Both the position numbers and the translations under genes were made by a program. A stretch of DNA of 64,000 nt, taken from positions 1,024,001-1,088,000 of the forward strand of contig CAVSIV010000001.1 in the NCBI GenBank assembly GCA_963728205.1, given 5' to 3'. Positions within the stretch are counted from its first letter, which is position 1; each line of letters opens with the position of its first letter. Positions 39,216 to 50,039 of this stretch are shown in pieces. The notes beneath the pieces were generated by a model. That model was not told the DNA's origin and did not search any database. It worked only from the letters and a program-made list of their open reading frames with translations. Source of the stretch: an uncultured Chloroflexia bacterium. GTDB lineage: Bacteria; Chloroflexota; Dehalococcoidia; UBA2979.

Positions 39216-40448
39216 GTGGCCATCGAGATCCGGCCGATCACGGCCGACGAGCTGATCCCCTGGCAGCGGCACATCGCGCGAGCCTTTGGGCGCGCGCCGG
39301 ACGACGCGCGCGTCGAGCGCGTTCTCCGGCCGCACATCCACTACGAAGACACGCTCGGCGCCTTCGACGGCGACGAGATCGTCGGGACCGCGCACCACGA
39401 GCCGGCGCCGTTGACGTTGCCCGGCGGGGCAGTGCTGCCGTGCGCCGGCGTGACGCGCGTCAGCGTCGCCAGCACCCACCGCCGCCGCGGCGTCCTCACC
39501 GAGATGATGCGCACGCAGCTGCGGCAGGCGTACGAGAGCGGGAATCCGCTCGCGGCGCTCTGGGCCTCGGAGTCGCCGATCTACGGCCGCTTCGGCTACG
39601 GCCTCGCCTCCATCCACGAGACCTGCTCGGTCGACCGCCGCGACGCCGGGTTCGCGTGGTGGGCGCCCGATGCGCGGGGCGCCGTACGCTTCGTGTCCAC
39701 CGAGGACCGGCACGAGACGCTGCGCCCGCTGTTCGAGGCGTACGCGGCGTCGCGACCGGGCGGGTCGCCCCGGATCGGCTACCGCTGGGATGCCTACTTC
39801 GAGGATGCGGCAGAGGAGCGCGGCGGTGCCTCGCCGCTCAACGCGGTGCTCTACGAGTCGCCGACGGGCGAGGCGGAGGGCTACCTCCTCTACCGGCTGA
39901 AGCCCGACTGGCCCGACAACATCCCTGCGTACGTGCTGACGGCCGACGAGCTCGTCGCGCTCACGCCCACCGCCTATGTCGAGCTCTGGCGGTACCTCCT
40001 GTCCGTGGACCTCGTGGGCACCGTCGAGGTCCACGATCAGCCGGTCGACGCGCCGATCCCGTGGGTGGTGGCCGACTTCCGTCGCCTCAAGCGGCGCCCG
40101 GCCGACGGGCTGTACCTGCGGGTGCTCGACGTGCCACGCGCCCTCGTGGCGCGGAGGTACGGCGCGGCGGATCGCCTGGCGCTCGAGCTCGACGACGCAT
40201 TCTGCCCGTGGGCGGCGGGCCGCTACGTCCTCGACGCCGGCGCGGAGGGCGCCGCGGTCACGCGAACCGAGGCCGAGCCGGACCTGGTGCTCCGCTCCGC
40301 CGCGCTCGGCACGCTGCTGCTCGGCGCGCAGCGGGCGTCAGTGCTGGCGGCCGTCGGCCTCGCCGACGAGCGCACGCCGGGCGCGCTCGCGCGGGCGGAC
40401 GCGCTCTTCCGCGTGACGGCCGCTCCGCACTGCCTCAACCACTTCTAG
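39216..40448 (+). CDS. Eis-family GNAT acetyltransferase
   Basis: VASTHRRRGVL, LWASESPIYGRFGYG, SCP2-like C-terminus ending in F. Confidence 0.92.
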   Translation: MAIEIRPITADELIPWQRHIARAFGRAPDDARVERVLRPHIHYEDTLGAFDGDEIVGTAHHEPAPLTLPGGAVLPCAGVTRVSVASTHRRRGVLTEMMRTQLRQAYESGNPLAALWASESPIYGRFGYGLASIHETCSVDRRDAGFAWWAPDARGAVRFVSTEDRHETLRPLFEAYAASRPGGSPRIGYRWDAYFEDAAEERGGASPLNAVLYESPTGEAEGYLLYRLKPDWPDNIPAYVLTADELVALTPTAYVELWRYLLSVDLVGTVEVHDQPVDAPIPWVVADFRRLKRRPADGLYLRVLDVPRALVARRYGAADRLALELDDAFCPWAAGRYVLDAGAEGAAVTRTEAEPDLVLRSAALGTLLLGAQRASVLAAVGLADERTPGALARADALFRVTAAPHCLNHF

Positions 40449-40477
40449 CGGCACGTCGCCTCGCGTGAGCGCGCCGC

Positions 40478-43030
40478 TCACTCGGCGTCGAACGGCCGCG
40501 GGAACGCGGGCTTGCGGTCGTCGCCCGCCCCCGCGCCCACGCCGGACGGCGGCTCGAACGCCGCCGCGGCCGCCGCGAGCGACTCCGGTCCGGAGCCCGG
40601 CTCCGCGCCCACGAGCACGTCGCGCGACCCGCCGCTGCCGGTCGCGCCGGAGACGATGCCCCGGCTCTCGAGCTCGTCCATCAGCCGTGCCGCGCGCGGG
40701 TAGCCGATGCGGAGCTTGCGCTGCAGCATCGACGTCGAGATCGAGTGGTGCTCGCGCGCGAGCTCGATCGCGCGGTGCAGCATCGGGTCGTCGTCCGGCG
40801 TCGAGCCGTCCTCCGTCATGTCCTCGACCTCGCGCTGCGCCTGCTCGAGCATGTCGTCGAGCTTCTCGGGCGCCAGCTCCGCGAAGCGATCCGACGTCCA
40901 GAAGCTGACCAGCGCGTCGATCTCCTGGTCGGAGACGAAGGCGCCCTGCACGCGCTTCGGCTTCTGCGCGTCGGGCGGCACGTAGAGCATGTCGCCGCGA
41001 CCGAGCAGCTTCTCGGCGCCGCCGTGGTCGAGGATCGTGCGCGAGTCCACCGACGACGAAACCGCGAACGCGATGCGCGTCGGGAAGTTCGCCTTGATCA
41101 GGCCCGTGATCACGTCGACCGATGGGCGCTGCGTCGCGACCACGAGGTGGATGCCGGTGGCGCGCGCGAGCTGCGCGAGTCGCACGAGCTGGTTCTCCAC
41201 CTGGTACGGCGCGACGAGCATGAGGTCGGCGAGCTCGTCGATGATCACGACCCAGTACGGCAGCCGCGCGTCCGGGTGCGTCTCGTTGTAGCGCTTGATG
41301 TTGCGCACGCCCTCCTTGGCGAAGCGGCGGTAGCGCGACTCCATCTCGTTGATCACGGCCTGCAGCGTGCCGACGACGCGGTCCATGTCGACGACGATCT
41401 CGGAGAACACGAGGTGGGGGATGTTCGCGAAGCCGGAGAGCTCGACCCGCTTCGGGTCGATCATCACCATGCGCAGCTCCTCGGGCGAGAAGTTCATCAG
41501 CAGGCACGTGATGATCGTGTTCAGGCAGACCGACTTGCCGGCGCCGGTCGCGCCGGCAATCAGGACGTGCGGCATCGTTGCGAGGTCCGCGACCACCGGA
41601 TCGCCGGAGACGCCGGCACCGAGCGCGATCGGGATGGCGCCGGTCTTCAGCGCCTTGGTGTAGTCGGGCGACTCCATCACGCCGCGCAGCGGGACGAGCG
41701 CCGTCGTCTGGTTCGGCACCTCGATGCCCACCATCGGCTTGCCCGGCACGGGCGCCTCGATACGCAGCGCCGGCGCGGCGAGCGCCAGCGCGAGGTCGTT
41801 CTGCAGCGCGGTGATGCGGTTCACGCGGATGCGCGTGCGCGAGACCTCGACCTCCTTGGAACGCGGCTGGCCGTCGGGACCGAGGATCGGCTGGCCGGCG
41901 GCGTCGCGCTCGACGACGAACTTCGTCTTCACGTCCCAGCCCGGCTCGACGCCGAATTGCGTGACGGTCGGGCCCTCGTTGACCTGAACGACGGTGGCGT
42001 CGACGCCGAACGAGGCGAGCGTGTCCACGATCAGCTGCGCACGCCGCTCGTTGTCGACCGCGCTGCCCTTGTTGGGCTCCGCGACCTTCAGGTACTCGGT
42101 CGGCGGGAGCTGCCAGCCGTCGGCGGAGTGGCGCAGCGCGCCGGCCGGCGTGTCCATGTCCATCGGGATCTGCGACGCCTTGCGGCTGCGTCCGCGCTTC
42201 GGGCGTGAGGCGGCGTCGGGTTCGGCGGCGGCATCGGTCGCCGCGGTTGCCGCCGCGGCGGGCGCGGGCCGAACCGGCGGCGTGGCCGCGCCGGCGACCG
42301 GAGCGGCCGTCGCGGTGCGGGCGGCGGCGGCCGCCATCGGCTCGCCGAGGTCGACCGCGAGCGCCGCGCCGCGCCGCTCCTCGCGCGCGACGGCCCGCCG
42401 CAGCGCGACGGCGCCGCGGCGGATGCCGCGGCCGGCAGCGCGGTGCAGCCCGAGCGCCCACAGCCACGCCACCGCGTACCCGATGTGCCCCGGCGCCGCC
42501 CGCAGGATGCGCGCGGCCGTCCGCGGCCACAGCAGCGAGAACGCCGCCACGAGGGAGGCGAGCCACGCGGTCCAGCCGATCACCCCATCCGCGAGCAGGC
42601 GGCCGGCATCGCCGCCGGCGGAGTGCACGTGCAGGTCGACGCCTCCGACCGACGTCTGCGGATACCAGCGCCCGAGCACGCCGGCGACGAAGATCGCGAA
42701 CGCCAGCGCGCCGGCGAGGCGGCGCGCTGGCGCCGGCCGGGTCAGCCACGCGACGCGCCTCAGCGCCATCACCAGCCCCACGAGCGCGACCACCACGGCC
42801 GCCGTGAACGCGTGCAGGCCCAGCGCCTGCACGATCACGTCGCGCGCGTCCGGCAGCACGCGCGTCAGCGGCGGGACCAGGTATGCGATCGCGGCGACGG
42901 CGATGACGACGAGCAGCGCACCGACGAGCTCGGGGCGCGCGACGGCGCGCCAGGCGGTCGTGATGTCGGGGATCTGCGGCAGGCGGCGCGCGCGGGTCGC
43001 GCGCGCACGGCGGGTCTTCGTTCGAGCCAT
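40478..43030 (-). CDS. ftsK: DNA translocase FtsK/SpoIIIE
   Basis: N-terminal TMs, AGATGAGKS, IIDELADLM, ATQRPS, gamma domain STSMLQRKLRIGYPRAARL. Confidence 0.96.
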   Translation of the reverse strand: MARTKTRRARATRARRLPQIPDITTAWRAVARPELVGALLVVIAVAAIAYLVPPLTRVLPDARDVIVQALGLHAFTAAVVVALVGLVMALRRVAWLTRPAPARRLAGALAFAIFVAGVLGRWYPQTSVGGVDLHVHSAGGDAGRLLADGVIGWTAWLASLVAAFSLLWPRTAARILRAAPGHIGYAVAWLWALGLHRAAGRGIRRGAVALRRAVAREERRGAALAVDLGEPMAAAAARTATAAPVAGAATPPVRPAPAAAATAATDAAAEPDAASRPKRGRSRKASQIPMDMDTPAGALRHSADGWQLPPTEYLKVAEPNKGSAVDNERRAQLIVDTLASFGVDATVVQVNEGPTVTQFGVEPGWDVKTKFVVERDAAGQPILGPDGQPRSKEVEVSRTRIRVNRITALQNDLALALAAPALRIEAPVPGKPMVGIEVPNQTTALVPLRGVMESPDYTKALKTGAIPIALGAGVSGDPVVADLATMPHVLIAGATGAGKSVCLNTIITCLLMNFSPEELRMVMIDPKRVELSGFANIPHLVFSEIVVDMDRVVGTLQAVINEMESRYRRFAKEGVRNIKRYNETHPDARLPYWVVIIDELADLMLVAPYQVENQLVRLAQLARATGIHLVVATQRPSVDVITGLIKANFPTRIAFAVSSSVDSRTILDHGGAEKLLGRGDMLYVPPDAQKPKRVQGAFVSDQEIDALVSFWTSDRFAELAPEKLDDMLEQAQREVEDMTEDGSTPDDDPMLHRAIELAREHHSISTSMLQRKLRIGYPRAARLMDELESRGIVSGATGSGGSRDVLVGAEPGSGPESLAAAAAAFEPPSGVGAGAGDDRKPAFPRPFDAE

Positions 43031-43103
43031 CGCTCTACTCCTCAAGCGCGCGCGTCCCCGCCAGTCCGTGCGCGTCGTCCGGGTCGTGTCGGAACCTGTG
43101 CGG

Positions 43104-44768
43104 CTACACCTCCAGCATCACCGGGATCACGAGCGGCCGCCGATGCGTCCGCCGGTGCAGGAAGGCGGCGACGTCGTCCTTCAGCGTCTCGTGCAGCGCC
43201 TTCCAGTCGACCTTCTGGTCTTCGCCGCCCAGTGTATCGATCACGATCTGGCGCGCACCCTCGAGCAGCGCCGGCTCCTCCTCGGGGCCGACGAAGCCGT
43301 GGGACATCACCTCGGGCGGCCCCGTGAGCTTGCCCGTGTGGCGGTCGATGGCGGCGACGAGCACGAACATGCCGTCGGAGGCCAGGTGCTGGCGGTCGCG
43401 CAGCACGACCTGGTCGACGTCGCCGATGCCGAGCCCATCGACGTAGATGTAGTTGGCCGGCACGTGGTCGACGACGTCCGCGCCGTCCTCGTCGATCTCG
43501 AGCACGTCGCCGTCGGTCATGACGAAGGCGTTGTCCTCGTCCATGCCGAGCGAGATGGCCAGCTGCTGGTGCAGCACAAGGTGGCGGAACTCGCCGTGGA
43601 TCCCGAGGAAGTACTGCGGCCGCACGATGCGGTGCACGATCTTCAGCTCCTCGCGCGAGGCGTGTCCGCGCACGTGCACGTCTGCGAGGCGGTTGTAGAT
43701 CACGTTGGCGCCGGCCTCGAAGAGCGAGTCGATGTTGCGATAGACGAACTTCTCGTTCCCGGGCACCGGGTTGGACGAGAGGATGACGGTGTCGCCCTCC
43801 TCGATCGTGATGTGCTGGTGCGTGCCGTTGGCCATGCGCGTGAGGGCCGACGTCGGCTCTCCCTGCGATCCGGTGCAGATGATCACGGTGTCGCGCGACG
43901 GGTGCTCGCGCATCTCGTTGACCGACATCAGCACGTTGCCCGACGTCTTCAGGTAGCCGAGGTCGCGCGCCATCTGCACGTTGTTCACCATCGAGCGGCC
44001 GGTGACGAAGACGCGGCGGCCGTGCTTCTCGGCGGCGTCGATCACCATCTGGACGCGCGAGATGAGCGACGCGAACGTCGTGACGATCACGCGGCCCGGC
44101 GCGTCGCCGATGGCGCGATCGAGCGTCTCCGCGACGAGTTGCTCGGAGTGGGTGTAGCCCTCCATCTCGGCGTACGTGGAATCCGCGGCGAGCAGCAGGG
44201 CGCCGTCACGCCCGATCTCGGCAAGCCGCGTGAGATCGGTGTGCTGCCCCATGACGGGAGTGTGGTCGATCTTGAAGTCGCCGGTATGGACCACCGGGCC
44301 GAGCGGCGTGTGGATGATCAGGCCGGCGGCGTCGGGGATGGAGTGGGCGACGGTGAAGAACTCGACGCCGAATTCGCCGAGGTTCACGACCTGGCCGGGC
44401 TCGACGACCGTGATCTTCGCCTCCTCGTGGAGGCCGGCCTCGCGCAGCTTCACCTGCACCAGGCCGCGCGTCAGGCGCGTGCAGAAGATCGGGACGTTGA
44501 CCTCGCGCAGCAGGAACGGGACCGCACCGATGTGATCCTCGTGTCCGTGCGTCAGGAAGAGGCCCTTGAGCCTGGCAGGGTCTCGCATGACATAAGAGAT
44601 CTCGGGGATGATCAGGTCGACGCCGAGGTGCTCGGCGTCGGGGAACATGAGGCCGGCGTCGACGGCGATCATGTCGTCGCCGTACTCGTACAGCATCATG
44701 TTGCGGCCGATCTCGCCGAGGCCGCCGAGGGGGATCACGCGGAGTTTGTCGGTGGTTGCTGAGCTCAT
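43104..44768 (-). CDS. rnj: Ribonuclease J
   Basis: PLGGLGEIGRNM, THGHEDHIG, HTGDFK, TGSQGEP, HVRGHA. Confidence 0.96.
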   Translation of the reverse strand: MSSATTDKLRVIPLGGLGEIGRNMMLYEYGDDMIAVDAGLMFPDAEHLGVDLIIPEISYVMRDPARLKGLFLTHGHEDHIGAVPFLLREVNVPIFCTRLTRGLVQVKLREAGLHEEAKITVVEPGQVVNLGEFGVEFFTVAHSIPDAAGLIIHTPLGPVVHTGDFKIDHTPVMGQHTDLTRLAEIGRDGALLLAADSTYAEMEGYTHSEQLVAETLDRAIGDAPGRVIVTTFASLISRVQMVIDAAEKHGRRVFVTGRSMVNNVQMARDLGYLKTSGNVLMSVNEMREHPSRDTVIICTGSQGEPTSALTRMANGTHQHITIEEGDTVILSSNPVPGNEKFVYRNIDSLFEAGANVIYNRLADVHVRGHASREELKIVHRIVRPQYFLGIHGEFRHLVLHQQLAISLGMDEDNAFVMTDGDVLEIDEDGADVVDHVPANYIYVDGLGIGDVDQVVLRDRQHLASDGMFVLVAAIDRHTGKLTGPPEVMSHGFVGPEEEPALLEGARQIVIDTLGGEDQKVDWKALHETLKDDVAAFLHRRTHRRPLVIPVMLEV

Positions 44769-45595
44769 AACAGGCGCTCCTGGGGCGGGTCGCGCCATAC
44801 GGGCTCGGCCGGCTCCTCTTCTTCGTCGTCGCGGGGAGGCGGTGGTGGGATGTGCAGGCCGGACAGGGTCTGCGCGCGCGGCGCCTCGGCGCGCCGGGGC
44901 GTGGGCGATGGCGGTGGTGGCGGTGGCGCGGCGGCGGAAGGCGCAGTCGCCGCGGCCGAACGCCGCGGCGGGTCGTCGCGCGCGGGCGTCGCGGCGGGAT
45001 CGGCGTCGAGCAGCGCCGGGATCTTCGCGAAGTCCTGCTTCATCACGTCGCGCAGCGCACCGTTCCGGAGCGCCGCCGCGGGGTGGTACATGGGGATCAC
45101 GGTGACACCGTCCGCGCGGCGGGGCTGGCCGTGGATGCGGCTGATGCGCGCATCGTCGAACCAGCGCGCCATCGAGAAGCGGCCGAGCGTCGCGATCACG
45201 CGCGGCTGCACCATGGCGATCTGCCGGTCCAGGTAGCTCGCGCAGGCGTCGATCTCCTCCGGCAGCGGATCGCGGTTGCCGGGCGGCCGACACTTCACGA
45301 TGTTGCAGATGTAGACATCCATGCGAGAGCGGCCGATACCCGCGAGCAGCTCATCGAGGAACTGCCCGGCACGTCCGACGAACGGCAGGCCGAGCTCGTC
45401 CTCGCGCTGACCGGGGCCCTCGCCGATGAACATCAGGTCGGCGTGCAGCGGCCCCGAGCCGGGCACCGTGCGCGAGCGCGTGCGGGCCAGCGCGCATCGC
45501 GGGCAGTCGGCGATCTCCTCGTAGAGGTCGGTGAACGCCGGGTCGGCGTCGTAGAGCGGCAGCAGCTGCGGCGGCGCGCCGGGAGCGGGCTCCAT
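44765..45595 (-). CDS. Uracil-DNA glycosylase, family 4 (Fe-S)
   Basis: CPRC, GEGPG...ED, PFVG, KCRPPGNRDP, YHPAA. Confidence 0.93.
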   Translation of the reverse strand: MEPAPGAPPQLLPLYDADPAFTDLYEEIADCPRCALARTRSRTVPGSGPLHADLMFIGEGPGQREDELGLPFVGRAGQFLDELLAGIGRSRMDVYICNIVKCRPPGNRDPLPEEIDACASYLDRQIAMVQPRVIATLGRFSMARWFDDARISRIHGQPRRADGVTVIPMYHPAAALRNGALRDVMKQDFAKIPALLDADPAATPARDDPPRRSAAATAPSAAAPPPPPPSPTPRRAEAPRAQTLSGLHIPPPPPRDDEEEEPAEPVWRDPPQERLL

Positions 45596-45771
45596 CACCG
45601 ACGAGGATGACACAGCAAGCGCGGTGGTCAACACGGCCGTCCTCGCGATGCGCGGGGAGAGTACGGGCTCACGTCCCGAGGTTAGCATCGGGGCGATGCG
45701 GCGGCAACGGATCGGTACGTTTGCGTACTCAGTTGATCGTTTCAGATCGGCCTCCGCGGCAAACGCCGCGA

Positions 45772-46542
45772 TCAGTTCCGCCGCACGAACCAGGCGAGCA
45801 GGATGCCGACGAAGTAGAGGCCGATGATCGGGCCGGCGACGAGCGATTGCGTGACCGGGTCCGGCGTCGGCGTCAGCACGGCCGCGACCGCGAACGCGAC
45901 CACGATCATGATCCGCCACCAGCCCAGCAGCTTGCGTGCGCTGACGATGCCGACCTTGGCCAGCCCCATGATGAAGATCGGCGTCTCGAAGACGAGCCCC
46001 GCGACGAGCAGGAGCCGCGTCGTGAGGTCGATGTAACTGCTGATGGTCGGCGTGATCTCGGCGAAGCTGCTGCCGAAGGTGAACAGGAAGCCGTACGCCG
46101 CCGGCAGCATGATGAAGTAGCCGAACGCCATCCCCCCGATGAACGCGAGCGTCCCGCCGAGGACGATCGGGATCATCCACTTCTTCTCGGTGCTCGTGAG
46201 GGCGGGGGTGACGAACCGCATCACCTGGTAGATGAGCATCGGCATCCCGAGCGCGATGCCGCCGAGCATCGCCACGCGGAAGTAGACGACGACGTTCTCC
46301 ATGGGGCTGATGGCCTGGGCGTGAAAGCTCGGGAGCTGCTGCACGGCCGGCCGCATGAGGAAGTCGATGGCGCCGAAGCCGATGGGCGGGATGAAGAAGA
46401 CGAACATGCCGAGCGCGACGGCGGCGCCGGCCCAGAAGACGCGTGACCGGAGCTCCTGGAGGTGCTCCAGGAGCGTCATCGTCCCGCCTTCGAGGGTGTC
46501 CTCGTGCGCGTCGTCGGGTTCGAGCTGTCGGTCGGCCGCCAC
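45772..46542 (-). CDS. tatC: Twin-arginine translocase subunit TatC
   Basis: LLEHLQELRSR, FVTPAL, FETP, LTPTPDP. Confidence 0.95.
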   Translation of the reverse strand: MAADRQLEPDDAHEDTLEGGTMTLLEHLQELRSRVFWAGAAVALGMFVFFIPPIGFGAIDFLMRPAVQQLPSFHAQAISPMENVVVYFRVAMLGGIALGMPMLIYQVMRFVTPALTSTEKKWMIPIVLGGTLAFIGGMAFGYFIMLPAAYGFLFTFGSSFAEITPTISSYIDLTTRLLLVAGLVFETPIFIMGLAKVGIVSARKLLGWWRIMIVVAFAVAAVLTPTPDPVTQSLVAGPIIGLYFVGILLAWFVRRN

Positions 46543-46554
46543 GGTGGGTTCGGG

Positions 46555-47115
46555 TTACTGCTGCGAGCGGCCGGACGGCGGCTCGCTGGCTTCGCGCTCG
46601 CGGTCGCGCGCGCGCTTCGCCTCGAGCGCGGCGAAGGGGTCGCCCGGCGTCTGATCGCCCACGCGCTTGGAGGGTCGAATCGAGCGCGGTTCGCGCAGCT
46701 CGGCCGCCTCGGCGTCCGCAGCCGGCGCCACCGTGACCTCGGTGGGCGACGACGTGCTCTCGGCCTCGGTCGCCACGGCGGTCTGCGCCTCGGCGCTGGT
46801 CGCCTCGAGCTCGGCGCGCGTCTCGCGGCCGGCCTGGTCGAGTTCCTGCCCCATGTTGCGAAGCTCCGAGGCGAAGCCGCTCCCGAGCTCACGGATGGAG
46901 CGAAGGTCGCTCCCGCCCTGCACACCGACCTCCTGCTCGAGGTCGTCGACGGCCGCGCGCACGTCCTTCATGACCTCGTCCGTGTAGCGGCGCGCCAGCT
47001 TGTAGTAGCGCGCCGCCTGGCGCGCCACCTCGGGGAACCGGTTCGGTCCCACGACCAGCAGGGCAACGATGAGGACGAGAAAGGCCTCGCCGGGGCCAAC
47101 ACCGAAGAGATTCAT
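46555..47115 (-). CDS. tatB: Twin-arginine translocase subunit TatB-like
   Basis: FGVGPGE...LLVVGPNRFP N-terminal TM-hinge-amphipathic helix; adjacent to tatC. Confidence 0.85.
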   Translation of the reverse strand: MNLFGVGPGEAFLVLIVALLVVGPNRFPEVARQAARYYKLARRYTDEVMKDVRAAVDDLEQEVGVQGGSDLRSIRELGSGFASELRNMGQELDQAGRETRAELEATSAEAQTAVATEAESTSSPTEVTVAPAADAEAAELREPRSIRPSKRVGDQTPGDPFAALEAKRARDREREASEPPSGRSQQ

Positions 47116-47187
47116 CGACCGAATGATACGCCCCGACGGTCCTTATGACCTGCCGGGGCGCCTGAATTCTTGCCGACGCTGGCGGGG

Positions 47188-47448
47188 CTACGCGTCGTCG
47201 ATCCCCTGGTCCTTCAGGTAATCGATCGCGTCCTGCACCGTCTGGATCTTCTCGGCATCCTCGTCCGAGATCTCCATCTCGGTGCCGTCGCCGGAGAACT
47301 CCTCCTCGATCGACATGATCAGCTCGACCAGGTCGAGCGAGTCGGCGTTGAGGTCGTCCACGAAGGACGCGCTGGGCGTCACCTCTTCCTCGTCCACGCC
47401 GAGTTGCTCCACGATCAGCGCACGGACGCGCTCAAAGACAGTGGCCAC
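47188..47448 (-). CDS. acpP: Acyl carrier protein
   Basis: [23 protein letters not shown]. Confidence 0.97.
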   Translation of the reverse strand: MATVFERVRALIVEQLGVDEEEVTPSASFVDDLNADSLDLVELIMSIEEEFSGDGTEMEISDEDAEKIQTVQDAIDYLKDQGIDDA

Positions 47449-47523
47449 AGTCGCCTATCCTCCCGTGTGCGATACCCGGCACGTGCCGGGGAGGTTGATC
47501 CAGGTCCTCACGTGCCCGCGAGC

Positions 47524-47997
47524 TTACGCACCGGCCGACGCGTCTGGTCCGTCGGTGTCGTCCTGGTCCGTACCGTGATCGTCGGCAGCGACGCTGAGCG
47601 CGACCGCGCCCAGCACCCCGTTTACGAAGCGGCCGGACGATTCCGAGCCATATCCCTTGGCAATCTCCACCGCCTCGTTGATGGCGACGCGGAGCGGAGC
47701 GCGGCGATTATCGAAGAGCACTTCATAGATTGCAAGGCGAAGCACGTTGCGGTCGACGGGCGCCATGTCGGCGAGCGGAAACGCCGCCGCGTAGCGCCGG
47801 ATCACGTCGTCGATTGCATCACGCTGCGCCGTCACGCCTTCCACCAGCTCATGGGCGAATCCGCTCGCCTCGCCGCTGAGCGGCGACTCGGCGAGGTGCC
47901 GCGCGAGCACCTCGAGCGGCGGCCGCGCGGTGATGTCGGCTTCGAACAGCGCCTGGAACGCGGCGATGCGAGAGCGGCGGCGGGAGCTGACGGGCAT
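47524..47997 (-). CDS. nusB: Transcription antitermination factor NusB
   Basis: RRRSR..AFQALF, DRNVLRLA, INEAVEIAK, FVNGVL. Confidence 0.96.
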   Translation of the reverse strand: MPVSSRRRSRIAAFQALFEADITARPPLEVLARHLAESPLSGEASGFAHELVEGVTAQRDAIDDVIRRYAAAFPLADMAPVDRNVLRLAIYEVLFDNRRAPLRVAINEAVEIAKGYGSESSGRFVNGVLGAVALSVAADDHGTDQDDTDGPDASAGA

Positions 47998-48010
47998 CTT
48001 CGCGATCGCG

Positions 48011-48778
48011 CTACGACATCACCAGGCCGCCGTCGACGGTGATCGTCTGGCCGGTGATGTACGCGGCGGCGTCGGAGGCGAGGAACGCGACGAGCGGCGC
48101 GATCTCCTCCGGCGACGCGTAGCGACGCATGGGGATGCGCTGCAGGATCGCCTCCTTTTGCTCGTCGGACAGGCCGGCCGTCATGTCGGTGAGGACGAAG
48201 CCCGGCGCGACGGCGTTGACGGTGATGTTGCGCGACGCGACCTCGAGCGCGACCGAGCGCGTGAAGCCGAGCATGCCGGCCTTCGCGGCCGCGTAGTTCG
48301 CCTGTCCGGGGTTGCCGGAGAGCCCGACGACCGACGTCATGTTCACGATGCGTCCCCAGCGCGCGCGGATCATGTGCCGCAGCACGGCCTTCGTCGCGAG
48401 GAACGTGCCGCGCAGGTTCGTGTCGAGCACGTCATCCCACGCGTCCTCGGTGAGGCGCATCACGAGGTTGTCGGCGCGCATCCCTGCGTTGTTCACGAGG
48501 ATGTGCACGTCGCCGAACTGCTTGCGGCACTCCTCGACCATGCGGTCGAGGTCCGCGCCCTTGCGCACGTCGACCTGCACCGTCGCGCAGCCGACGCCGG
48601 TCGAGCGCAGCTCGCGCGCGGTCGCCTCGGCCAGCGAGCTGTTCTCGCGGTAGGTGATCATGAGGTTTGCGCCGGCGTGCGCGAGCTCCATCGCGATCGC
48701 GCGCCCGATGCCGCGACCGCCGCCGGTCACGATCGCGGTGCGGCCCTGCAGCGACCGCCCGTTGTGCTCGGTCGTCAT
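48011..48778 (-). CDS. fabG: 3-oxoacyl-ACP reductase
   Basis: TGGGRGIG, NNAG, GQANYAAAK. Confidence 0.94.
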   Translation of the reverse strand: MTTEHNGRSLQGRTAIVTGGGRGIGRAIAMELAHAGANLMITYRENSSLAEATARELRSTGVGCATVQVDVRKGADLDRMVEECRKQFGDVHILVNNAGMRADNLVMRLTEDAWDDVLDTNLRGTFLATKAVLRHMIRARWGRIVNMTSVVGLSGNPGQANYAAAKAGMLGFTRSVALEVASRNITVNAVAPGFVLTDMTAGLSDEQKEAILQRIPMRRYASPEEIAPLVAFLASDAAAYITGQTITVDGGLVMS

Positions 48779-49746
48779 GAGGTCGCCTCTCCTGCCACGA
48801 GGTCCGCGGCGGCGCCGATGTTGCGCGTCGCGAGTCCGCGGTCGATGCGCCGAATCAGTCCGGTGAGGACGCGCCCCGGTCCGAACTCGATCACCTCGGT
48901 GACGCCGCTCGCCTGCATGGCGCGGACCGAGTCCGCCCACAGCACGGGGCTTGTGACCTGGCTTGCCAGCTCCTCCGCGAGCGCGGCGCCAGAGGTGATG
49001 GGCTGCGCGGTGACGTTCGAGATCACCGCCGGCATGGGGTCACCGAAGGTCGTGTGCGCGAGCACCGCGCGCATGCCGTCGGCGGCGCTCTGCATCAGCG
49101 GCGTGTGGAACGCGCCGGAGACCGACAGCGGCACGACGCGCGTCGCACCGGCCGCGGTCGCGGCCTCGCCGGCGGCGGCGACCGCCGCGGTGGTGCCGCC
49201 GATGGTGATGTTGCCGGGCGCGTTGACGTTGCAGAGGGCGGCGCCGTGCTCGGCGCAGATCGCGCGGAGGGCGTCGGGCTCGACGCCGAGGATCGCGGCC
49301 ATGGTGCCGGGCTCGGCGTCGCATGCCGCCTGCATCAGCCGGCCGCGTTCGCGCACGAGCCGCACGCCGTCGTCGAACGACACGGCCCCGGCGACGATCA
49401 GCGCGGCGTACTCGCCGAGCGAGTGTCCGGCCACGAACACCGGTCGCTCCGTGATCGCGCCGGCGGCCACGGCCGCGGCGAGCGCGGCAACGGCGTGCGT
49501 GACGAGCGCGGGCTGCGTATTCACGGTCTGGGTGAGGTCGGCCTCGGGGCCGTCGAAGCACAGCCGCGACAGGGGGAAGCCGAGCGCGGCGTCCGCGGCG
49601 TCGAAGACGGCGCGCGCCTCGCTCGAGGCGTCGCAGAGGTCCCTGCCCATGCCGACGAACTGGGCGCCCTGCCCGGGGAAGACCCATGCGGTGTGGCCGG
49701 CCGGGGCGAGGCCGCCGAGCAGCTGCGGAAGGTCGAGGTCGGTCAC
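48775..49746 (-). CDS. fabD: Malonyl-CoA:ACP transacylase
   Basis: FPGQGAQ, TQPAL, GHSLGEY, VSGAFH. Confidence 0.95.
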   Translation of the reverse strand: MTDLDLPQLLGGLAPAGHTAWVFPGQGAQFVGMGRDLCDASSEARAVFDAADAALGFPLSRLCFDGPEADLTQTVNTQPALVTHAVAALAAAVAAGAITERPVFVAGHSLGEYAALIVAGAVSFDDGVRLVRERGRLMQAACDAEPGTMAAILGVEPDALRAICAEHGAALCNVNAPGNITIGGTTAAVAAAGEAATAAGATRVVPLSVSGAFHTPLMQSAADGMRAVLAHTTFGDPMPAVISNVTAQPITSGAALAEELASQVTSPVLWADSVRAMQASGVTEVIEFGPGRVLTGLIRRIDRGLATRNIGAAADLVAGEATS

Positions 49747-49850
49747 GCGGCGGACTCCCTGGTGCATCGCCCGGCGGCGCGAGGCCGACGAACGCCAACC
49801 CGGCCGCCTGGGGCCGCCGGGCGACGGCGCCACGGTCGGGGGAGGTGTGG

Positions 49851-50039
49851 CTAGCCCGCGGGCTCTTCCTGGCCGAGCGCCTGGCGCCCGCGGTACGTGC
49901 CGCAGACCTTACAGGGCTGGTGGTTGAGGTGCATCGAGCGGCAACTCGGGCACTGCACGAGCGCGGGCGCCTTGAGCGCGTGGTGGCTCCGGCGGCTGCC
50001 CTGCCGCGACTTCGGGGTCCTACGCTTCGGAACCGCCAT
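49851..50039 (-). CDS. rpmF: 50S ribosomal protein L32
   Basis: MAVPKRRT, CxxC...CxxCG. Confidence 0.96.
   Translation of the reverse strand: MAVPKRRTPKSRQGSRRSHHALKAPALVQCPSCRSMHLNHQPCKVCGTYRGRQALGQEEPAG

Noticed and set aside
49746-49851. No plsX/fabH between rpmF and fabD
   Set aside because: Simple relocation is likely; absence cannot be judged from one window
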